A stretch of 57,905 nucleotides of DNA, the filler included, from Sluysia triapertura (Eukaryota): NCBI GenBank assembly GCA_046118255.1. It is 4 parts of 4 records of this genome, joined end to end, with 100 filler letters (N's around TTAATTAATTAA, not from the genome) between each part and the next. Parts side by side here need not be neighbours in the genome. Positions count along the whole stretch, not along the records: positions 44,847 to 57,905 come from JBJNIA010062643.1; 3 more parts are not named here. The stretch is one strand, 5' to 3'. A program made the position numbers and the translations under genes. The notes below the pieces were generated by a model that was given only the letters and a program-made list of their open reading frames with translations, was not told where the DNA came from and searched no databases. Shown here piece by piece: positions 50,199 to 57,905 of the stretch (the stretch's first letter is position 1; each line of letters opens with the position of its first letter).

Positions 50199-53100
50199 TA
50201 TTTCATTTCAATAATCCTAAGGACATTAAGTCCATTTTGAATTTTAATTTTAATTTCGAATTTTCCAAAAATTTAGTAACACCCGCATTTACAATTTTCT
50301 TCTAAGAAATTCAACTGCCAGCCCTAACCGGTAAGACTAGATACGATGATGAACTCACAATCTTACATCTTTACTCGTGAGCAAAAATAAAACAAAATCT
50401 CACAATTATTTAAGCGTCTCATCACCACATGAAAAATCACATGACTCAAAAATAACTAAAATATTCTTAAAATTAAACGAAATTAAGATATGGCCTTAAG
50501 ACTGGTCAAAAAATGAGAAACAAAGGATATTCATACTACAATATACCATTCTCGAAGACCCATTCCAATATAGTTTTTTGGTACTTAAAAGAATCCGAAT
50601 TTAAAGCTTGGTTCCTATTTAGTACTTCATTTAGTACGTATTTAATGAAAGAGTAAATCTAATCAGCATTACTTTGAATATAACTAAAATTTTCTTGAAT
50701 TATTTAGAAAGTGTATTTTTTCAATTAAATTTCTTTAATATTTTACATATTAAGTTTATCTTATTATTAAAGCGAAGTGTGACTTATTTTATAATATTGA
50801 TTTTTATTTTTAAAAAATTTATATTTTATAATAATATTGATTTTAATTTCTAAACAATAATGTCTTTAGTAAAATATTTTAATAAGATCACAAAAGAGTC
50901 ATTGTATGAATAGAAAATCAGAATTTTTCAAAATTTATATTTTATAATAATATTGATTTTAATTTTTAAAATTTATTCACTCTTATCTTTAAATTTCAAA
51001 ATGAACATTTTAAATTAATTTTTTTAATTAAATTTTCATTCTAAATTTTATATATTTTCTAAATTAAAATATTAATATGAAAAAATTATCAATCTGTACT
51101 CTTTAATTAATTTACATTATATATTTATTTTCATTAATGAAATTTAAAATAAATAGAATTTAAAACATTCGTTATTTTTAATTTATTATGAAAATAAATC
51201 ATTAGCAAACACTGATAATAAAATGATATTCAATGTTAAGATTTATATGGTCACATTTGGAGGAAAATGTCGCCTGTGACAAGTACCATTCTTAAAACAT
51301 CTAACATCTATATATTTTTGTAAGAAAATAATATTATACACTTTTATTATTGTACACTTTTAAAATAATTATAATTTACGTTATTTTATAATTAATGAAA
51401 AGATAATTGAATTTGAATGGAACCTTGATCATTATATTGTGAGTCAATTATTTCGGTAATATTATTACTAAATTTATTATGTGCTATTAATTAACAAGAA
51501 TATTAGAAATATGTATTGATTATAAAATTTTTGTGTAATTATTTTGTTAAAATAATGATTTTATCAATTGTTTTATACGTTTACATTAATTTATAGTGTT
51601 TATGCTGCTTCATCTTCTGTAACTTAAATACCATACTTATTACCTTATTATTTTACTATTATTATTATTATCACGGTACTTAAATTTTTATTTTAAATTA
51701 ATTAATTTAATTGATTTTTAATAATTTTCTGTCTTGCAATTTTAATTATTAATTAGTATTAATTAAACCTTTACTTTATTAATTTTAAAGTAATTAATTT
51801 TAACAAATGATAACTATAAGATCAAAATAACTTCATTAATTTTAAATAGTCAAATATAAATATAATAATATATTTGTTTTTAATTTATAAAAATAAATCA
51901 ATAATATAATGAAAACTAAAACCAATTCTAATAAAATATATTTCTATATAAATATTCTGTAGTCAAACTTTAGTCAAAACTAGATCAACATAAATGTACT
52001 TTATAAATTATTCACTTAAATTTCATTTTATTAATTACATATAAGACTGTATTTATAAGTATAAGTAATATTTTTTCAAAAATAATTTCTTATTACCAAG
52101 AACTTAATATAAATAATAAAAGAAAATTAATTTTTAATATTATTAATGTAATAATATAATTTTTAGATAATCGTAAAAGCAAAACATCATTTTGGATTTT
52201 ACAACTTAGCACTGGCATGCATAATAAAAGATCCTCTTTTTATTTATGTTAAAATAATTAGTGAAATATTTTCGTTTTGAAATTTTATACTTAAATTAAA
52301 ATTGTCATTTTAATTTTATTTATTTTTCCTTATAAAATGGATGTAAATGTTAGGGTCTGTCTACAGTCTACAATTTACACCTCTTCAAGCGACGCACTTG
52401 TAAGATTTATATTAATGAAAGTGAAAGGGTCATTCTACTATCTCTTACCTTTGAATATTTTAATGTTTTTCAATTTATATTTTATAGTATAATATCTGAA
52501 TTGAAGATGTTAAGTTATTCGCACAGTATTTTTAGAATTTTATTTATTTTCAAAGAATATATTCATTAAAATAATTAAAAATCCTTTTGCATAATAACCA
52601 AACCATAAAAATATTATTAAAATAATAATAATAATAATCGAATATTATTATAATAAGAAAATTCCCTAAAGCTTATTAGTCTTTGATTTTAAAATTGATT
52701 TTGTTGCTAACATTAAATTAACATCAAAAGTAAATATTATACGTTGATTTTATTCCTATTAAATAGATAAATTACCTAATAAAAATAACTTACGAAATAC
52801 AATTGATTGTCTTGTCTGGATATAAATAGTTGCCCAAGTAATGATTGTTGCATATGAATAATCGCTCAAATTTGAATTGGACTTTCTATTTTATTTTCTT
52901 TTTGATGTGTATTTGAATTTTTCGTTTTTTATTTATATTCTCAGCAACAGCCTATATCGTTAATTATAATTGTTTATAAAACTTTCCATAAATGAATTTC
53001 ATTTTTAAATAAATAAATTTCAATTAACTAAATAAATTTTAAATTAACATTTTATTGCAAAAAATTAAATAAATCATAACTAAACTATTTAAATAAGTTT

Positions 53101-55032
53101 TGAATAATATTTCAATTAATATTTTTGATTAAATCTGTCAATTAATTTCGTTCATTATTATAGTTATAACTATTATTATTATTGTGAAATCTTGGTAAAT
53201 AATTGAACTAAGTACCACGATCTAAAATTCGTTATTCAATTACATAATTATATTTATTATATTGAGTAACCATACGTTTTCCAAAAATTGAGTAATAATA
53301 ATCATAATAATAATAATAAAATTAATTGATAAAATGATATTGAAGCTTTTTTTTCCTGATGCAAATTGAAATTATTTTGTTTTAATTTCTGGGTACTCTA
53401 AATCAACTTCATAAACAATCATAATTATTTAAATTTCATTTTTCATAATTTAAATCAAAACTTCAACCCTTTTCACCTTTGGGAAATCTTGAATCACTGC
53501 ATTTGAATATAATAATTAGCATCATAATATAATAAATATTTTCCTTTAAATATATTTATAAACGTATTTATCTTTCTTTAAATTGATTAAATTTAGTGAA
53601 TAATTTATTAAATTCATATTCAAAAACTATTATAACTTATGGATCATAAATTGCATGTTTGTTTTTTCCTATTACTACATTCGACATTTTCATTACAAAA
53701 TCTGCCTGATGAACTATTTCCTATACTTTTCAATATAATAATAATGTGACATGTTTCTTGTATATAATATTTAGGTTTATAAGTAAATGTTTTAACTCAC
53801 GTATGTATAACATGAATCGATTTTATAATATTCTACATGCATGTTTCCAAAATTTTCAAATAAATCCGGTACTATTAAAATTTAACTTTTGTTAGTACTC
53901 TAGGTCCAGGTAACCAGAAGCTGAAATAATAAGAATATAATAAATTTTAAAAAAATAATAAATAAATAATAAATTAACCTTAATTGACCTAAAAGAAATA
54001 ATGAATAATAAGAATAATAAATGAATAATTCACTCACCTTTCTTCTGGTTGATTGTTACTAAAAATAAATAATTAGTCATGAATAATCAAATGAAAAATT
54101 ATCTCATTTCTCTAGTTGTCTGCAGTGTTCCTAAAAATAAATATTTATTATTTTGTGATGAATAATCAATACTTAATGATAGTATAAATTACAGTTACTC
54201 TCGAAGTACAAGTCACAAGTAAATAACAAAGGTACAAGGAGAAAAATTTGTCACTTAATGAATAGAGCTTCGTTGGCATGATTCGTAATAAAGTGACCAC
54301 AGTTCACTATTCCTGTATTCAGGACTTTGGACACAAATCGTCAATTAAGCGGTTAAAGTATCGATTTTCAATTTAAGTGGTTAAAGTTTTACTGTTGTTC
54401 CTGTTATCCAGACAATTCATCACTCTTGATATTCGTTGATTAGACTTCTGATTTCAGTGAACGTCCATCGATTTTTATTTATTGTCACCTGATTAAATAA
54501 ATTTTTCTTGATAAGTTTTAATTCCGTTAGGAATTATAAATCAAACTTAAAATCTCGAAATTCACAATTTTGGTTTAGGCCAGACAATATCTTTTTAAGA
54601 TATTTAAAGGTTCTAGAGCTTGTTTTAGAAATACAATTATATTATTTATTTATTTAATTTTGTTTCTGCATTTATTTAATCTTTGTTTATTATGCATTAT
54701 TTATAACAGTTGTTTTTAATAAAACTTAGTTTCATGTATATTGTTCTTACGTTTGAAAGATTAAGTGTTAATGAATAAAAGAAATTTTAGAATCATTGTA
54801 AATGTATGAATGAATAAATTGTGAATCTTTACATTTAAGAACATAAATTATGAGAAGCTCCACGACATTTCCATTAAAAAAGCCACAAACCTAACGCTGT
54901 CGGTATTTAATAGTAACATAGTTTTGGAGACGCATTTCTTATTATATCTTGCATATTAATAGTTTTCAGTACAAAAACAATATTCTAGTAATTTTTTGTC
55001 AAAATATTAATAATATTCAGATTTAATTAAAT

Positions 55033-56572
55033 CTAGATATTCAGAATATATAGTGTGGTGGCCTACATTTTCATTCAAAATTTAAATCATTATTACACAT
55101 ACTTAATATCACATTTCACATTTTACTTTTTCAGATTCATTAAAATTATTTTTCACTTTAAAACAATTTCATAACATTGAAATTATACTTGTATCGAAAA
55201 CCATTGAGCGTGCATTTCAAATTTGATTTGAAACATTTCAAGTTCACGGTTGTTCAACATTCAATCATTAACATCATTGAAAAACATTAAATTCACATTT
55301 CAAAATTATTTTTAAACATTACAATGAAAATGGAATTTCTTTAGCATCCTTGATTATGTTGTCGTCTTCTTTAAACATTCTTTTATCAGTCCTTTTCACG
55401 TTTTATTTTTTTGCAGCGAATGAAAGAAAGATTTCCATATATTCTTTTTGATATTTTAAAAGAAAAGAAGAAATATTGAAGAAAGGAAAAGATAGTAAGA
55501 ATTTATAGATACTTAACAAAAAAAACAGAAATTTATGTAATTTTATTTTAAAAAGAAAAAGAAAGCTTTTAAAGAAAGAAAAGAATTTTAAATAATTTAA
55601 AGAATTTTAAGAGAAAAAGAATTATTTTCAAAAAAGAAATTTATGTTTTGTATTATTTTCATTTTCTGTTTTATTATTATTATAATTATTAGTAAGTATT
55701 TTATTTTCATTTATTATTATTATTATCATTATTATTAGCATAAAAATAGTTGATTATAATCTGTCATTAGTTGACAATTTTTAATTAAATAAAATAAAGA
55801 TCATTTTGTTAATTGTCAACTAATGACAGTCGCTTAGTCCAGAAATTTAAATTTAATTTTAATTTTATGCTGTTTCAACTATTGGCTGTGTCAACAAAGT
55901 TTGTAAAAATCTCAATCGATTATTGAGTAACTGATTTGACTCGTTAAATTAATAATAGCTAAAAAATTTCATTACTTTTAAAAGTAGTTACAAAATGAAT
56001 CATTGTTTAAAATAAAGTTAAAAATAGACGGTGACAAAAATTAGCTCACAATTAAGCTAGACAGCTTTTAGTTTGAAGATTTTATGAAAACAAGGTTTAA
56101 GAACAGTACTTAATGAAAAATTTAATTCATGATAATTATATGTAGTTTATTAAAAATGAATTGTGAAGATGAAAATTCAATTTATTGTAATTATAAAGGA
56201 ATGGTGTTTCATTTCAAAACAGATCATTCACAAAATTCATCTGAGATTAAACATTTAATAATAAAGAAAACAAAAGAGTATTTAGACGATCAATTGGAAA
56301 CTTGTATCACATTTCCCATGTTGACCTAAAACACAAATAATAGATTTAGATTATTATTTTTTAGCAGAAAATAGACCTAGTTCGGCATATTTGATTGAGT
56401 TTATATTGAACAGTGATAACAATAGTGGCAAACGTTTGCAACAAGCTCAAAATATCAGTGTTGCATATACTTCATCAACATCAAATACTGATTATAATGC
56501 CATGAAATTATGCTGTTCTATTTATGTGTATACAAAATCGATAATAACTACTGTCGTCACTAGTCCATCGAA
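55033..56572 (+). repeat. Diverged inverted copy of 38130-39570 (LINE 3' UTR-like segment, TTA tract, flank and gene)
   Basis: Colinear matches to the reverse complement, e.g. tgtggtgg, ttttactttttcagattca, catttcaagttcac, cattcttttatca, tactgattataa. Confidence 0.85.
55761..55829. repeat. Perfect 19-bp inverted repeat with 31-nt spacer
   Basis: ctgtcattagttgacaatt / aattgtcaactaatgacag. Confidence 0.95.
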
Positions 56573-57221
56573 TTCTTAACTTCAATTTTTTAATTTGTAT
56601 AATTCAACAATGCTTTTTCAAATTCGACACAAATGCAAAATAATTCAAAATGTAATTCGAACGAAATAATTTCTGCTAATTCATCAAATGTTAATTAATC
56701 CTTCCAGTGTATATTTAATGTCAAGTAATGTTCCTCTAATACACTTGACAGGTATGAATATTGATGCTACAGTTTCACACATGTCAGTGGCAGATGTAAT
56801 AACATCCGATTTAGTAACAAATACAACTAATAATCATGGATTTGTGTTTCCTTCTCAAAAGTTATCTCATCCTTATGTATCAGTTAGAATGGCACCCCAT
56901 AAAAAGAATACGCTAAATGATTATTACAAACGTGGCATCTGTCTTTATGGCATGTCACTAGATGGACAATGTTCTAGTTGCAAATATGCGCACAACATCT
57001 CAGAATTACAACAAGATACAAATGAAGAGCGTATCTTGTCCGACAATCTCAACCTCATCATGCATCTTATTTCCAGCTTAAGTTTGAAACCAATTATTTC
57101 AAGTTCTTCCATTAACAGTGAATTAGGAAATGTTATCTACAGTGATAACTCGAATTATAAAGTAATTCTTTCGTTTTATAAAATGTTTTGTAAAAGTTTT
57201 AACTGTATTTTTTCTTTATAG
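56129..57221 (+). pseudogene. Frameshifted unknown gene with C-terminal CCCH-like zinc finger
   Basis: Three consecutive ORFs. KKNTLNDYYKRGICLYG...CSSCKYAHNISEL resembles the TIS11-type pattern KTxLC...GxCxYGxxCxFAHxxxEL. Confidence 0.6.
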
Positions 57222-57905
57222 AACTGTGTTTCGAAAGCGGCGAATGGACAGTAACGTGCACAAACATTAACAAACGTTATTAATAAACGTTAAAATAACA
57301 GTTTTAATTGATGTCATATTCTATTTCATGTTGAATAAATTTTTTAATTCTTATTTTTATTTTATCTTTCATAAAGTTTTTAATCACAAATAATTTCTCT
57401 TAATATTAAAAATTTTTGAAATGATATTGCTTTTAATTTTACCATGAATTTTTATAATTTTAATTTTATCTTTAATAAAAATATTAAGTCTCTATCACTA
57501 ACACATAGAAATCGTAGCACATGTTATTATCATTGAATCATTGATGACCATTTTGATAATAATAAGCTTTATTTGTCAATTACCATTGATAATATTTGAC
57601 AATTGTACTATTGATGATATTTGACTATGATTATTTGAAATTTTTATCTATTATTATTTGTTATGATTATTTGATATTTTTATCTGAAATTCTTATGATT
57701 CGAATGATTTAATTTGAAATTTTTAAATTTGGAAATTTATTTTAATTTGGAAATTTAAACGGTAAGCCTTAGTTTAATATTGTTAATATTTAATTAATTT
57801 TATATTTCTACATCTAAAATAATTAATATTTTTGTTTTTCTAAATAAATTTAAATAAATCATCTAATGTCAAGGTCGACAGGTAAAAATTTATATATATA
57901 GATAA

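Overview
Very AT-rich eukaryotic DNA, probably from an invertebrate animal: it has a CABIT-like gene, 34-39 nt GT-AG introns and many (ATT)n tracts. The window is four contigs joined by 100-bp N/TTAATTAATTAA linkers, so adjacency across the gaps is unproven. Most of it is decayed mobile DNA: mariner, Tc1/IS630, pogo and piggyBac elements, three gag remnants, an L2-type LINE, a NeSL-like RLE retrotransposon with an Ulp1 protease domain, and tRNA-derived repeats. Apparently intact genes are a CABIT-domain exon, a spliced IS630/Tc1-like transposase that has lost its first catalytic Asp (domestication candidate), and a spliced hypothetical gene. The strongest unexplained signals are structural. 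(1) Five hairpins at 37290-37661 have unrelated but perfectly paired stems and share a bulge, a CC/GG pair and a TTAC loop end. (2) Two pri-miRNA-like hairpins at 5622-5798 have different stems but 27-nt loops with the same motifs, and sit between the divergent genes of a decayed virus-like cassette (retropepsin plus a PPxY-tailed membrane protein). (3) A duplicated heat-shock-element promoter module has no downstream ORF. All family assignments come from motif recognition by eye; no searches were run.
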